Source of the DNA: an uncultured Woeseiaceae bacterium
Lineage (GTDB): Bacteria > Pseudomonadota > Gammaproteobacteria > Steroidobacterales > Woeseiaceae
Direction: 5' to 3'
NCBI GenBank assembly: GCA_964386735.1
Contig: CAYLTW010000003.1
Coordinates: forward strand, 6,919 to 70,918
DNA: 64,000 nucleotides
The notes beneath the pieces were generated by a model. That model had not been told where the DNA came from and made no database searches. It worked only from the letters and a program-made list of their open reading frames with translations. Shown in pieces: positions 26,554 to 36,978 of the stretch. A program made the position numbers and the translations under genes. Positions within the stretch are counted from its first letter, which is position 1. Each line of letters begins with the position of its first letter.

Positions 26554-27474
26554 ATGCATTTGGAAGGGTTTTGCGTGGGATCAGTTCGACGCCATCAAGG
26601 TAACGGTACCGGTGTAAACAGCCCGGCGCGAACAACTGCGGCTAACTCACTTGATGCGACCCGGATATATCTGAGCGAAATCGGCACATCGCCATTACTC
26701 ACGGCAGACCAGGAAAAGGACTTTGCCCGCAAGGCGCTGCGTGGTGACGAGTCTGCGCGCCAGCGGATGATTGAAAGCAATTTGCGGCTCGTCGTAAAAA
26801 TTGCGCGGCGATATATAAATCGCGGCCTACCGCTACTCGACCTGATCGAAGAGGGCAATCTCGGCCTGATTCACGCCGTCAAGAAATTTGATCCCGAGCG
26901 CGGTTTTCGGTTTTCGACCTACGCAACATGGTGGATCAGGCAAACAATAGAACGTGCCATCATGAATCAATCCGGCTCGGTGCGGTTGCCCATCCACATT
27001 ATCAAGGACATCAACTCCTGCCTTCGGGCGGCGCGGCGTATTCGCCAGGCGCAAGATCGAGCGCCGACCGCCGCGGAGATCGCCGACTATATGGAGCGCG
27101 ATGTTGCCGATGTCGAGCGCCTGCTTGGCCTGCATGAGCGAGTCACGCTGAGATCCGGAAGCGCAGATCAAGATGCTACGGCGCCCGTCGACCGGCTCAA
27201 GGCGAGGCGAGACGCCGAACCGCCTCGTTGTGCGGAAAAAGACATCGTTAACAAAATTGTCGATCAATGGGTGCGCGCCCTGAGTGCAAAACAACAAGCC
27301 GTTGTCGAGCGGCGATTCGGCTTGCATGGTTATCGGCGTGCGACGCTGGAGCAGATTGGCGAGGAAATTGGCGTCACTCGCGAGCGCGTCCGTCAGATTC
27401 AGCTCGATGCACTAAGAAATCTGCGCGCGATGATGGAAAATCACGGCATATCCGGCGACGTTATTCTGGATTGA
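26554..27474 (+). CDS. rpoS: RNA polymerase sigma factor RpoS
   Basis: 306 aa. [11 protein letters not shown], regions 2-4 ([43 protein letters not shown]). Position after nlpD. The exact start is uncertain. Confidence 0.9.
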   Translation: MHLEGFCVGSVRRHQGNGTGVNSPARTTAANSLDATRIYLSEIGTSPLLTADQEKDFARKALRGDESARQRMIESNLRLVVKIARRYINRGLPLLDLIEEGNLGLIHAVKKFDPERGFRFSTYATWWIRQTIERAIMNQSGSVRLPIHIIKDINSCLRAARRIRQAQDRAPTAAEIADYMERDVADVERLLGLHERVTLRSGSADQDATAPVDRLKARRDAEPPRCAEKDIVNKIVDQWVRALSAKQQAVVERRFGLHGYRRATLEQIGEEIGVTRERVRQIQLDALRNLRAMMENHGISGDVILD

Positions 27475-27488
27475 ACGTAGGCGCCCGC

Positions 27489-27854
27489 CTACGGATAAAA
27501 AATCGCCGCGACCTTGCGGCCTTCTCCCGCCAGTACATTAAATGTACGCGCCGCGGCCTTGGTGCCCATCACCTCCAGGCCCACATTCTGTCGTGCGAGT
27601 GCAAACACGAGTTCTCTCGGCGCGAACTCATTGCTTTCGCCGGTGCCAAGAATGACGATCTCCGGATTCGTCGCCAGCAAGGCGTCAAAATCTTCGGCGC
27701 GAAGCTCCGAAATGTCGCGGTCACACCAGCAGTCCAGAATTCCGTCGGGAGTGATGACGACCGTATTCTCATAGGTCGTGCCGCCAATCTCGAGCCCGTC
27801 TTCGGAGACGCTGCGAATCATGATCGTGCTCGTCAATTCCCGCGTGAATTTCAA
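27489..27854 (-). CDS. Mth938-domain (DUF498, NDUFAF3-like) protein
   Basis: 121 aa. PEIVILGTGESNEF...GLEVMGTKAAARTFNVLAGEGRKVAAIF matches the DUF498 pattern. Confidence 0.8.
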   Translation of the reverse strand: MKFTRELTSTIMIRSVSEDGLEIGGTTYENTVVITPDGILDCWCDRDISELRAEDFDALLATNPEIVILGTGESNEFAPRELVFALARQNVGLEVMGTKAAARTFNVLAGEGRKVAAIFYP

Positions 27855-27889
27855 ATCCGGTTTCCGTTACCATTCAGGTAGAAATCATC

Positions 27890-28867
27890 GTGACAGCATC
27901 ATATGACAGATCGGCTGCCGTCGTCGTGTTGCCGCCAATTGGCGGCCGGCTTCGGGATTCAGGCCTGCGCCATTGGCTCGCGCGTGCGGATCTCGGCCGC
28001 ATCGACGGGCCGCTTGAGCTGCTGGCATGCGTTCTCGGCACACTTGGAATACCGTGTCCTGAAGAGGCTCTGGCAGCGCTGCGCCTGTGGGGACAGACCG
28101 GCGACCGGCCAACAGCCTGGATCGCCGCCGCGGATCCTGTGTATCTCGAACCGCGACTCGACCATCTTTGCTTGCATGCGCTGATTGACCAGGGCGTGTC
28201 GCCGGCCGACCTGCGGGCCCTGATCGATCATTTGCAGCGAACATTGGCGGGCGACGGCGATTTTGGGTTTGCTCGTATGCGCTCCTGCGGATACGTAACG
28301 GCGCTCGAGCCCATCGCGACAGCGAAACTACCGCCCTACGCGATCGATCAGCAGGAGCCGAACGACTTCCTGCCGATCGGGGACGGCGCGTCGAAACACC
28401 GCAAACTCACATCCGAAATTGAAATGGCGTTGTACGAGCATGAGGTCAATGTCGAACGTCAATATCGGGGCCTGTATCCTGTAAATGGATTGTGGGTATG
28501 GGGCGGCGGCTATGCGCCCGCTCAGGCCACGGCTCCTCTTCCGCCATTGTTTTCAGACGATCCATTGTTGATGGGTTACTGGACAAGCAATACCGGCGTC
28601 GCGGAGTTATGGCCGGGTAGTATCGATGCCTGCCTCGAGCTGGCGGTAGCGGGCTTTGTGGCCGTTCTGCCCGAGCTTGACGATGAATTAATCGAAATGG
28701 AGTCCTGTCTGAACGAATTGCGCATAGCATTGAATTCGCGGCGCCTCAGCAAACTCATTCTGGTGTTTCGCGATGGCGTATGCGCCGATGTCCGGCGTTC
28801 ACAGGGTGTCCGGATCTGGCGTCGTGGCAATGCGATGATTGACAAGCCGAGCGGAGAAGCTGTTTGA
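27890..28867 (+). CDS. Conserved hypothetical protein, possibly RpfE-type regulatory protein
   Basis: 325 aa with a GTG start, no TM segments. VNGLWVWGGG motif. It lies directly upstream of recJ-prfB-lysS, as I recall for rpfE in xanthomonads. The function call is tentative. Confidence 0.6.
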   Translation: MTASYDRSAAVVVLPPIGGRLRDSGLRHWLARADLGRIDGPLELLACVLGTLGIPCPEEALAALRLWGQTGDRPTAWIAAADPVYLEPRLDHLCLHALIDQGVSPADLRALIDHLQRTLAGDGDFGFARMRSCGYVTALEPIATAKLPPYAIDQQEPNDFLPIGDGASKHRKLTSEIEMALYEHEVNVERQYRGLYPVNGLWVWGGGYAPAQATAPLPPLFSDDPLLMGYWTSNTGVAELWPGSIDACLELAVAGFVAVLPELDDELIEMESCLNELRIALNSRRLSKLILVFRDGVCADVRRSQGVRIWRRGNAMIDKPSGEAV

Positions 28868-30567
28868 GCGCGTGGCGACCCATCGTCGTCCGCCCACAAC
28901 CCGATCAGGCGGTGCTTGAGTCGTTGGCGGATCTTGGTCCGGTCCATGCGCGTCTGTTTGCAATGCGCGGAATAACGGCGACGAACGAACTTGACTACGG
29001 ACTTGCGAATCTCGCACCGGTCAGCTCGCTCGACAACATCGATGCAGCGGTCGGATTGCTCCTGTCCAAACGCAGTGAACGGATCGTCGTTGTAGGCGAC
29101 TTCGACGTTGACGGTGCGACCAGTACGGCGCTGATGCTGCGTTGCCTGCGGGAATTCGGATTCAGCGAAGTCGACTACCTGGTTCCGAACCGCTTCGAAT
29201 ACGGCTACGGGTTGACCCCTGAAATAGTTCGAGTCGCCGCGAAGAGTTCACCCGGATTGATTGTTACTGTTGATAACGGCATCTCAAGCATTGCGGGTGT
29301 CGAAGAAGCAAGGTCGACCGGAATGTCGGTACTCGTCACCGACCATCATCTGCCTGGCGAAGAATTGCCGGACGCCGATGTCATCGTCAACCCGAATCTT
29401 CCGGGCAGCAATTTCTCAAGTGGCAATCTCGCGGGCGTCGGTGTCGCGTTCTACGTCATCGCCGCGCTCGGCAAGGAGCTGGAGAAACAGGGGCACGCCG
29501 GCGCGGCGCGGATACCGGCGACCTATCTGGATCTGGTTGCACTGGGTACCGTCGCTGATGTCGTGCCACTCGATCACAACAACCGGATTCTCGTGGAGCA
29601 GGGCATTCGGCGAATCCGCGCCGGCAAGACCGTGCCCGGAATACGCGCATTGTTGAAAGAGTCCGGGCGCCAGGTGCGCCGGACGGTCAGTACCGATCTT
29701 GGATTCGCCGTTGGCCCCCGCCTGAACGCCGCAGGCCGGCTCGAGGACATGTCACTCGGCATTGAATGTCTGCTAACGGATGACAACGATTCCGCGGCCA
29801 GACATGCTGCGATACTCGATCAGATCAATCGTGAGCGACGTGAAATTGAAGCAACGATGCGCGACCAGGCGTTCGCTTATGTTGATTCGCTCGACGCTCG
29901 TCGGTTGCCGGCTTGTGTGTGCCTTTACGAGCCAGGCTGGCACCAGGGCGTCGTTGGTTTGATCGCGTCACGCGTCAAAGATCGTTGTCACCGTCCCGCG
30001 ATCGCCTTTGCAAGAGAAAATGCGGATTCTCTCAAGGGTTCAGTGCGGTCAATCGCAGGCGTGCACGCGAGAGACCTGTTGGAAAGCATTTCAACGGCAC
30101 GTCCGGGCCTGATCGAAAAATTCGGTGGGCACGCGATGGCCGCGGGCCTGACAATCTCGGGGGCGGCGTTCGAAGAATTCAAGGAACTTGCAGCGACGCA
30201 GCTGGCACTACGCTACCCGGACGCGGATTTCAGCGGCGCAATCCTAAGCGATGGTCCGTTGCCGGATGAATCAATAAACCTGGCCTTTGCGCGTGCGCTG
30301 CGCGAGGCGGGTCCGTGGGGGTCCGGTTTTCCCGAGCCCATATGGAGCGGGGATTTCGATGTTCTGGAGCAACGGACAGTTGGCGAAAAACACGTCAAAA
30401 TGCGAGTCCGTCCGGCCGCAGGTGGCAAGCCTGTTGATGCGATCGCGTTCAATCAGGCGGGGCCGGCGTACAGGGGCGTTGTAAAGTTGGCTTTCAGGCT
30501 CGATGTCAACGAATATCGTGGCGTTGAAAGTGCACAGCTCATCGTGGAGCAAATTGCGGCGCTGTGA
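28864..30567 (+). CDS. recJ: Single-stranded-DNA-specific exonuclease RecJ
   Basis: 567 aa. DHH motifs (VVGDFDVDGATS, TVDNG, LVTDHH) and DHHA1 (GGHAMAAG). Confidence 0.94.
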   Translation: MSAWRPIVVRPQPDQAVLESLADLGPVHARLFAMRGITATNELDYGLANLAPVSSLDNIDAAVGLLLSKRSERIVVVGDFDVDGATSTALMLRCLREFGFSEVDYLVPNRFEYGYGLTPEIVRVAAKSSPGLIVTVDNGISSIAGVEEARSTGMSVLVTDHHLPGEELPDADVIVNPNLPGSNFSSGNLAGVGVAFYVIAALGKELEKQGHAGAARIPATYLDLVALGTVADVVPLDHNNRILVEQGIRRIRAGKTVPGIRALLKESGRQVRRTVSTDLGFAVGPRLNAAGRLEDMSLGIECLLTDDNDSAARHAAILDQINRERREIEATMRDQAFAYVDSLDARRLPACVCLYEPGWHQGVVGLIASRVKDRCHRPAIAFARENADSLKGSVRSIAGVHARDLLESISTARPGLIEKFGGHAMAAGLTISGAAFEEFKELAATQLALRYPDADFSGAILSDGPLPDESINLAFARALREAGPWGSGFPEPIWSGDFDVLEQRTVGEKHVKMRVRPAAGGKPVDAIAFNQAGPAYRGVVKLAFRLDVNEYRGVESAQLIVEQIAAL

Positions 30568-30650
30568 GCGGCCCGCAGCTGCCAATAGTGATAAGATCGC
30601 GCGTTTTCCGCGCCCGACGATTTTCGTAAGAGACCGCGAACGAGCAGCTG

Positions 30651-31746
30651 ATGGAAACGAGTCAGATCAAACAATCGATAGCCGATCTCGCTGAACGCAC
30701 GCATGCGTTGAGGGGGTATCTTTGACTACGAGGGCAAAGCGGAGCGACTGACCGAAGTTCAGCGCGAACTCGAACAGCCCGATATCTGGAACGAGCCTGA
30801 GCGTGCCCAGGCGCTGGGTCAGGAGCGCGCAGCGCTCGAGAAGATAGTTATCACGCTTGATGATCTGAGCTCAGGGCTCTCGGACGCCGGCGAATTGCTG
30901 GCGCTCGCTGAGGAAGAAGATGACGGCGGCACAGTCGAGGAGCTCGTCCGCGATCTCGGGGAATTCGAGAAACGACTCGCGGCGCTCGAATTTCAGCGGA
31001 TGTTTTCGGGTGAAATGGACGCCAATAACGCCTATCTCGATATTCAGTCAGGTGCCGGCGGTACCGAAGCGCAGGACTGGGCTGAAATGATTCTTCGCAT
31101 GTATCTCCGCTGGGCCGAGGCGCACGGGTTTAAAGCTGAGGTCATCGAAGCGTCGGCCGGTGAAGTTGCCGGGATCAAGAGCGCGACGGTTCACATCCAG
31201 GGCGACTTTACATATGGCTGGCTGCGTACCGAAACCGGCGTACACCGCCTCGTGCGAAAATCACCGTTCGATTCCGGCAGTCGGCGCCACACTTCTTTTG
31301 CGTCCGTGTTTGTCTCGCCGGAGGTGGACGACGACATTGATATTGATATTAATCCGTCCGATCTTCGCATTGACGTTTATCGCGCGAGCGGCGCCGGCGG
31401 GCAGCATGTAAACCGGACAGAGTCGGCTGTGCGAATAACGCATCTGCCTACGAATATTGTCGTGCAGTGCCAGAACGATCGCTCGCAACACAAGAACAAG
31501 GCGCAGGCAATGAAGCAGCTGAAGGCGAAGCTGTACGAATTTGAGATGCAAAAACGCCGTGCCGAGGCGTCGGTCGTCGAAGAAAGCAAGGCGGACGTCG
31601 GGTGGGGCAGCCAGATTCGTTCCTATGTACTCGATCAGAGTCGCATCAAGGATTTGCGCACCGGCGTGGAAACCGGTAACACTCAAGCTGTACTCGATGG
31701 CGGGCTCGATGCATTCATCGAAGCCAGCCTGAAACAGGGAATGTAA
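30651..31746 (+). CDS. prfB: Peptide chain release factor 2 (two frames joined by programmed +1 frameshift: 30651-30722 and 30724-31746)
   Basis: Frame 0 runs ATG 30651 ... AGG GGG TAT CTT TGA (stop 30723-30725). The +1 frame continues DYEGKAERL... through SPF and the GGQ motif ([22 protein letters not shown]). Confidence 0.95.
30711..30726 (+). promoter_or_regulatory. prfB programmed +1 ribosomal frameshift site (internal SD-like AGGGGG + CTT TGA C)
   Basis: The sequence agggggtatctttgac is identical in architecture to the E. coli prfB autoregulatory frameshift signal. Confidence 0.92.
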
Positions 31747-31753
31747 AAAACCA

Positions 31754-33256
31754 GTGACAAACACCAGCGAGCAGGACGAAAACAAGTTAATCGCGGCGCG
31801 GCGCGCAAAGCTCGACCTTTTGCGTGAGGGAGGCAACCCGTACCCGAACGATTTTCATCGCAACGCGCTTGCCGATGAATTGCACCATATGTACGGCGCG
31901 CGCGACAACGAGACACTCCAGGACGACAACGTCGAAGTTGCAGTAGCGGGCCGCATGATGGTGAAGCGCGTCATGGGCAAGGCGAGCTTCATTAAACTGC
32001 AGGATCGGTCGGGACAGATCCAGGTCCGTGTAGAGCGTGATCGACTGCCGGAAGGCGTGTATGCCGGCTTCAAGAAGTGGGATGTGGGCGACATTGTCGG
32101 CGCGACGGGGGTCCTGTTCAGGACGAATACAGGTGAACTGACTGTGCGTGCAGATGAGATTCGCCTGCTGACGAAGTCGCTACGTCCGCTGCCGGAAAAA
32201 TTTCACGGACTTGCCGATCAGGAAACCCGCTATCGGCAACGTTACGTCGATCTGATCATGAACGAATCGAGTCGCGACGTATTTCGCAAACGCTCGGCGA
32301 TCGTCCAGTACATTCGCGCATTTCTGGATTCACAAAATTACCTGGAAGTCGAAACGCCGATGATGCAAACGACGCCGGGTGGCGCGATCGCGCGGCCGTT
32401 TACGACGCATCACAAAACGCTCGACATGTTGCTGTACCTGCGCATCGCGCCGGAGTTGAATCTGAAGCGCCTGATCGTTGGCGGCTTCGATCGCGTATAC
32501 GAGATCAATCGGAATTTCCGCAACGAGGGTGTTTCAACGCAGCACAATCCCGAGTTCACGATGCTCGAGTTATACCGTGCCTACGCTACCTACGAGGACC
32601 TGATCGATATGGTCGAGGCGTTGCTGCACGGCATGTCCGATGCAATTCTGGGTACGACAAAAGTCACTTACCAGGGCGAAGAGATCGACTTCGGCACGCA
32701 GTTTTCACGCATGACGGTCGAGGACGTCATCCTGAAATTCAATCCGGACCTCGACCAAAGCAAAATTCGGGATCGGGACTATCTTGCGTCCGTCTGCGAG
32801 AAACTCGGTATCCCGGTCAAGGAAGCCCATGGTCCCGGCAAATTGCAGATAGAGATTTTCGAAAAGACCGGCGAGGACAAGTTGCGCGAGCCGACGTTCG
32901 TTACGCAGTACCCGACCGAAGTTTCACCGTTATCGCGCAAGAATGACGACGACCCGTTCCTGGCAGACCGTTTCGAGTTTTTTGTTGTTGGCCGGGAGAT
33001 AGCAAATGGTTTCTCGGAGTTAAACGATTCAGAGGACCAGGCCGAGCGATTCAAGGCTCAGGTCGCCGATCGCGAGGCCGGCGACGACGAAGCGATGGCT
33101 TACGATCACGACTATATCCGCGCGCTCGAGTACGGCATGCCGCCGACGGCAGGCATCGGCGTCGGCATCGATCGCCTCGTGATGCTGTTTACAGATTCAG
33201 CGTCAATTCGAGACGTGCTGCTGTTCCCGCACATGAGGCCGGAAATTTTCGAATGA
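31754..33256 (+). CDS. lysS: Lysine--tRNA ligase (class II)
   Basis: 500 aa with a GTG start. OB anticodon-binding domain and class II motifs ([29 protein letters not shown]). Confidence 0.95.
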   Translation: MTNTSEQDENKLIAARRAKLDLLREGGNPYPNDFHRNALADELHHMYGARDNETLQDDNVEVAVAGRMMVKRVMGKASFIKLQDRSGQIQVRVERDRLPEGVYAGFKKWDVGDIVGATGVLFRTNTGELTVRADEIRLLTKSLRPLPEKFHGLADQETRYRQRYVDLIMNESSRDVFRKRSAIVQYIRAFLDSQNYLEVETPMMQTTPGGAIARPFTTHHKTLDMLLYLRIAPELNLKRLIVGGFDRVYEINRNFRNEGVSTQHNPEFTMLELYRAYATYEDLIDMVEALLHGMSDAILGTTKVTYQGEEIDFGTQFSRMTVEDVILKFNPDLDQSKIRDRDYLASVCEKLGIPVKEAHGPGKLQIEIFEKTGEDKLREPTFVTQYPTEVSPLSRKNDDDPFLADRFEFFVVGREIANGFSELNDSEDQAERFKAQVADREAGDDEAMAYDHDYIRALEYGMPPTAGIGVGIDRLVMLFTDSASIRDVLLFPHMRPEIFE

Positions 33257-33282
33257 GTCTTTTCGAGGCGCTCAAACACCGC

Positions 33283-33468
33283 TCAGGCAGCGTCGAATCT
33301 TGCCTTATTTTCAGCCATCCACCTCTCCATGTCATCCTTGGTTTTGCTGGAGTCATTCATAACGTCGGCATGTGCCTCACCGTAGTGAGGGCGAAGTGCC
33401 GTCATCCAGTCGTCGAACGTTTCACCTTCCGCCGTTACGTCGCACAGGTCGCATTTTAGAGTTTTCAT
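33283..33468 (-). CDS. DUF1059-family small protein
   Basis: 61 aa. MKTLKCDLCDVTAEGETFDDWMTALRPHYGEAHADVM resembles the DUF1059 pattern. Confidence 0.6.
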   Translation of the reverse strand: MKTLKCDLCDVTAEGETFDDWMTALRPHYGEAHADVMNDSSKTKDDMERWMAENKARFDAA

Positions 33469-33527
33469 GATATTGATGTCCCTCAGACTACAAAAAAATA
33501 TACCAAAGGTTCTGACTTCCGCCGTTC

Positions 33528-34259
33528 CTACAAGTAACCCAGCGGAATGTGGGTCAGGTTGATCAAGCCGACCGCTAATGTTGAGTCCACCTTGTCGACC
33601 GGAACGACTGCCAGCAGATCGCGGCCAATGGCATTGACGACTTCGCCAACATTACGATCGCCTTCAGAAACCTTGTCTCCCGGAGACACGGGTTGCGTGC
33701 TTTCGAAGCGATGCAGGCGTCGTTTGCTTGCGCCGCGGTAGTGTGTGCGTGAGATTATTTCCTGGCCGGTGTAGCAGCCCTTGTCCAGGCTCACGGCGCC
33801 GACAAGGTCGAGGTTCAGCATGTGCGCGGTGAACTGTTCGGACTGCGCGCCGAATATCTCCGGCATTCCGGCGCGTAGCTGCCCGAGTCGCCACTCCTCG
33901 AAATTGTGGTTCGAATCCCATTCCGCCAGCTCATCTTCTGTCGCAGGACGAATCTCGAAATCAACTTTGGAACGAAAGCGGAACATCGTCAGCCGCTGAA
34001 CGACATGTTCGGCGAGCTCCGCAGGCAAGGTGAGTGCGAATCCGCCTGCATCTTCGGCAAGCATCATGATGCAAATGACACGACCCTTCGGGTTGCACCA
34101 GGCTGAGCGCAACGGCCCCGCATCGGCCAGTTCCCGAAGGTCCGCGGTCAGCTGCCCCTGCAGGAATTCCTCGGCGTCGGCGCCGCTGAGCAAGATCGTT
34201 GAGTACGGTATGTCTGACATCTGGCATAATTCCGCAATGACCGTAGAGAGCCCCGACAT
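33528..34259 (-). CDS. ygfZ: Folate-binding Fe-S cluster repair / tRNA-modifying protein YgfZ
   Basis: 243 aa. GADAEEFLQGQLTADL and the hallmark KGCYTGQE motif. The start could instead be the internal Met at 34220. Confidence 0.85.
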   Translation of the reverse strand: MSGLSTVIAELCQMSDIPYSTILLSGADAEEFLQGQLTADLRELADAGPLRSAWCNPKGRVICIMMLAEDAGGFALTLPAELAEHVVQRLTMFRFRSKVDFEIRPATEDELAEWDSNHNFEEWRLGQLRAGMPEIFGAQSEQFTAHMLNLDLVGAVSLDKGCYTGQEIISRTHYRGASKRRLHRFESTQPVSPGDKVSEGDRNVGEVVNAIGRDLLAVVPVDKVDSTLAVGLINLTHIPLGYL

Positions 34260-34395
34260 TGATGAGGTCCGAAAGGATGATACCGCGTCTGAGAAAAAGG
34301 ACGAGGCAAAATCAAAAGAGGTCGGCGGCCGAAATGGCCCGGACCCGACTCGCTATGGCGACTGGGAGAAAAACGGGCGCTGCATTGATTTTTGA
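34237..34395 (+). CDS. DUF1674 / SDHAF4-like small protein
   Basis: The C-terminus GPDPTRYGDWEKNGRCIDF matches the conserved end of DUF1674/SDHAF4 proteins. Alternative ATG at 34210. Lies 25 nt upstream of sdhC. Confidence 0.7.
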   Translation: MTVESPDIDEVRKDDTASEKKDEAKSKEVGGRNGPDPTRYGDWEKNGRCIDF

Positions 34396-34419
34396 TTTCC
34401 TGACAAAAGAAGCACAAAA

Positions 34420-34797
34420 ATGAGCAATTCCGGCAGGCCGCTGTCGCCACATATTTCTGCTTATCGCTGGCCGATAACGATGACGTTGTCGATACTTCAC
34501 CGTGTGACCGGCGTCGGAATGTCGATTGGCCTGGTCGTGCTGGCCGCCTGGCTGATGCAGGCCGCGGCCGGTCCCGAGCAATACCAGTATTTTCGAGCGA
34601 CGATGGCATCAGCCATTGGCAAGGTTTTCTTGATCGGTTGGACGTTCGCGTTCTTCCTGCATCTCGGCAACGGTATTCGCCACTTCGTTTGGGACACGGG
34701 TCGCGGGTTTGAGAAAAACCAGGCCAATGCATCGGCATGGATCGTACTGGTACTTGCCGTGGCGTTGACCGCCGGTTTCTGGGCGGTGAAACTGTGA
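34420..34797 (+). CDS. sdhC: Succinate dehydrogenase cytochrome b556 subunit
   Basis: 125 aa. RPLSPHISAYRWPITMTLSILHRVTGV motif and 3 TM helices. Confidence 0.92.
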   Translation: MSNSGRPLSPHISAYRWPITMTLSILHRVTGVGMSIGLVVLAAWLMQAAAGPEQYQYFRATMASAIGKVFLIGWTFAFFLHLGNGIRHFVWDTGRGFEKNQANASAWIVLVLAVALTAGFWAVKL

Positions 34798-35174
34798 ATT
34801 TGCGCACGCCGCTGGGGCGGGTTCTCGGGCTGGGGAGTGCCAAAGACGGTACTGAGCACTTTATTGCGCAGCGAATATCGGCTATTGCGCTGGTTTTGCT
34901 CGGTGGCTGGTTCTTGTACGCAATGTTCACAATTGAGAGCATGGCGTATCTCGAAGTGACGCGATTCATCGCCGCGCCGCTGAACAGCGTGCTACTTGCA
35001 TTGCTGTGTGTGACCGTCGCCTATCACTCGTGGCTCGGAGTACAGGTCGTCGTCGAGGATTATGTGCATGCGCACGGCGTCAAATTCGTTTCGCTTCTCG
35101 CCTCACGGTTTGTGCACATTTTTCTGGCGATTGCGTCAGTGTATGCAGTCTTACGGATAGGACTCTCGGCATGA
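34794..35174 (+). CDS. sdhD: Succinate dehydrogenase hydrophobic membrane anchor subunit
   Basis: GTG 34794 overlaps the sdhC stop (GTGA). [21 protein letters not shown] motif and 3 TM helices. Confidence 0.88.
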   Translation: MNLRTPLGRVLGLGSAKDGTEHFIAQRISAIALVLLGGWFLYAMFTIESMAYLEVTRFIAAPLNSVLLALLCVTVAYHSWLGVQVVVEDYVHAHGVKFVSLLASRFVHIFLAIASVYAVLRIGLSA

Positions 35175-36967
35175 ACCCGGGTAATAGCGAGTACGAATTC
35201 ATCGATCACAGTTATGACGTTCTGGTTGTCGGTGCCGGCGGGGCCGGTTTACGCGCGACTTTCGGCCTGGCTCAGGCGGGGTTCAGAACCGCTTGTGTGA
35301 CAAAGGTATTTCCGACGCGAAGTCATACGGTGGCGGCGCAGGGTGGTATCAGCGCGGCTCTCGGCAATATGGGCGAGGACGACTGGCGCTGGCACATGTA
35401 CGACACGGTCAAAGGCGGAGACTGGCTTGGAGACCAGGACGCGATCGAGTACATGTGCAAGGAAGCGGCCGATGCGGTCATTGAACTCGAGCACTACGGC
35501 GTGCCGTTTTCGCGTACCGAAGATGGCCGAATTTATCAGCGACCGTTCGGAGGCATGACCACGCGATACGGCGAGGGCACTGCGCAGCGCACCTGCGCGG
35601 CAGCGGATCGCACCGGTCATGCGATGCTGCATACACTCTACCAACAGTCGCTCGCGCACGACGCTGAATTCTTTATTGAATATTTTGCGATTGACCTGAT
35701 CATGGAAGACGGCGCCTGTCGCGGCGTAGTCGCAATCGACCTGGCCTCAGGACGCTTGCATCGCTTCCGCGCCCACCAGGTCATCCTTGCGACGGGCGGC
35801 TACGGTCGCGCCTACTTTTCCTGTACATCGGCGCATACCTGCACAGGTGACGGTAGTGCAATGGTATTGCGCGCCGGTCTGCCGGTTCAGGACATGGAAT
35901 TCGTGCAGTTTCACCCAACCGGCATTTACGGCGCCGGCATGCTGATTACCGAGGGTTCACGAGGTGAGGGCGGTTACCTCACCAATTCCGACGGTGAGCG
36001 CTTCATGGAGCGTTACGCGCCCAACGCGAAGGATCTGGCATCCCGCGACGTAGTCAGTCGTTCGATGACCATTGAAATTCGCGAGGGTCGGGGGGTCGGG
36101 CGGGAGAAAGATCATATTTTCCTGCATCTCGAGCACCTGGGCCCCGAAGTCATCGAGGAGCGCCTGCCCGGTATCGCCGAGTCCGCGCGCATTTTTGCGG
36201 GCGTGGATGTCACGAAGGAACCGATTCCGGTCTTGCCGACCGTGCACTACAACATGGGCGGTATTCCGGCGAACTACAAAGGCGAGGTTGTCGCACCCAG
36301 GGATGGTGATGCGGAATCGGTTGTAACGGGTCTGATGGCCATCGGCGAGGCGGCCTGCGTGTCGGTCCACGGCGCCAATCGCCTGGGTTCAAATTCGTTG
36401 CTGGATCTCGTCGTTTTCGGGCGCGCCGCGGCCCACCATCTCGCGGATACAATGACGCCCGAAGCGCGCCACAGGCCTTTCGCCAGCGACGCCGGACGAA
36501 ATAGCATCGAGAGAATCGATCGCCTGCGCAACGCTGACGGCAGTCGGTCGACCGCGGATATTCGCCTCGAGATGCAAAAAGTCATGCAGAATCATGCGGC
36601 CGTGTTTCGAACCGGTGAATCGCTGGGCGAGGGCGTCGATTTGCTGCGCAATACTTTCGCGTCCTTCAGTGACGTCAGGATTGCTGATCGCTCGCTCGTC
36701 TGGAACACCGATCTCGTCGAAACCATGGAGCTCGAAAATTTGCTGTTCAACGCTACCGCGACCATCGAGTCCGCGGCGAATCGACTGGAAAGCCGCGGTG
36801 CACATGCCCGCGAGGACTACCCGGACCGCGACGACAAGGTCTGGATGAAGCACACACTGGCCCGGGTGGGCGCTGACGGCAAGGTGTCGTTCGATTATCG
36901 CCCGGTTCACGAGGATACGCTGACCGACGAGGTCGATCGCGTGCCGCCGAAAGTCAGAGTCTACTAG
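35171..36967 (+). CDS. sdhA: Succinate dehydrogenase flavoprotein subunit
   Basis: ATG 35171 overlaps the sdhD stop (ATGA). [26 protein letters not shown] (FAD-attachment His), HPTGIYG. Confidence 0.96.
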   Translation: MNPGNSEYEFIDHSYDVLVVGAGGAGLRATFGLAQAGFRTACVTKVFPTRSHTVAAQGGISAALGNMGEDDWRWHMYDTVKGGDWLGDQDAIEYMCKEAADAVIELEHYGVPFSRTEDGRIYQRPFGGMTTRYGEGTAQRTCAAADRTGHAMLHTLYQQSLAHDAEFFIEYFAIDLIMEDGACRGVVAIDLASGRLHRFRAHQVILATGGYGRAYFSCTSAHTCTGDGSAMVLRAGLPVQDMEFVQFHPTGIYGAGMLITEGSRGEGGYLTNSDGERFMERYAPNAKDLASRDVVSRSMTIEIREGRGVGREKDHIFLHLEHLGPEVIEERLPGIAESARIFAGVDVTKEPIPVLPTVHYNMGGIPANYKGEVVAPRDGDAESVVTGLMAIGEAACVSVHGANRLGSNSLLDLVVFGRAAAHHLADTMTPEARHRPFASDAGRNSIERIDRLRNADGSRSTADIRLEMQKVMQNHAAVFRTGESLGEGVDLLRNTFASFSDVRIADRSLVWNTDLVETMELENLLFNATATIESAANRLESRGAHAREDYPDRDDKVWMKHTLARVGADGKVSFDYRPVHEDTLTDEVDRVPPKVRVY

Positions 36968-36978
36968 GAGCGACGAAC

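Noticed and set aside
27475-27493. Possible RsmZ-type sRNA or intrinsic terminator downstream of rpoS. In pseudomonads rsmZ follows rpoS.
   Set aside because: Only 14 nt separate the rpoS stop from the stop of the convergent Mth938-domain gene. The 7-bp hairpin at 27476-27493 overlaps that stop codon and has no U-tract on either strand. There is no room for an sRNA gene.
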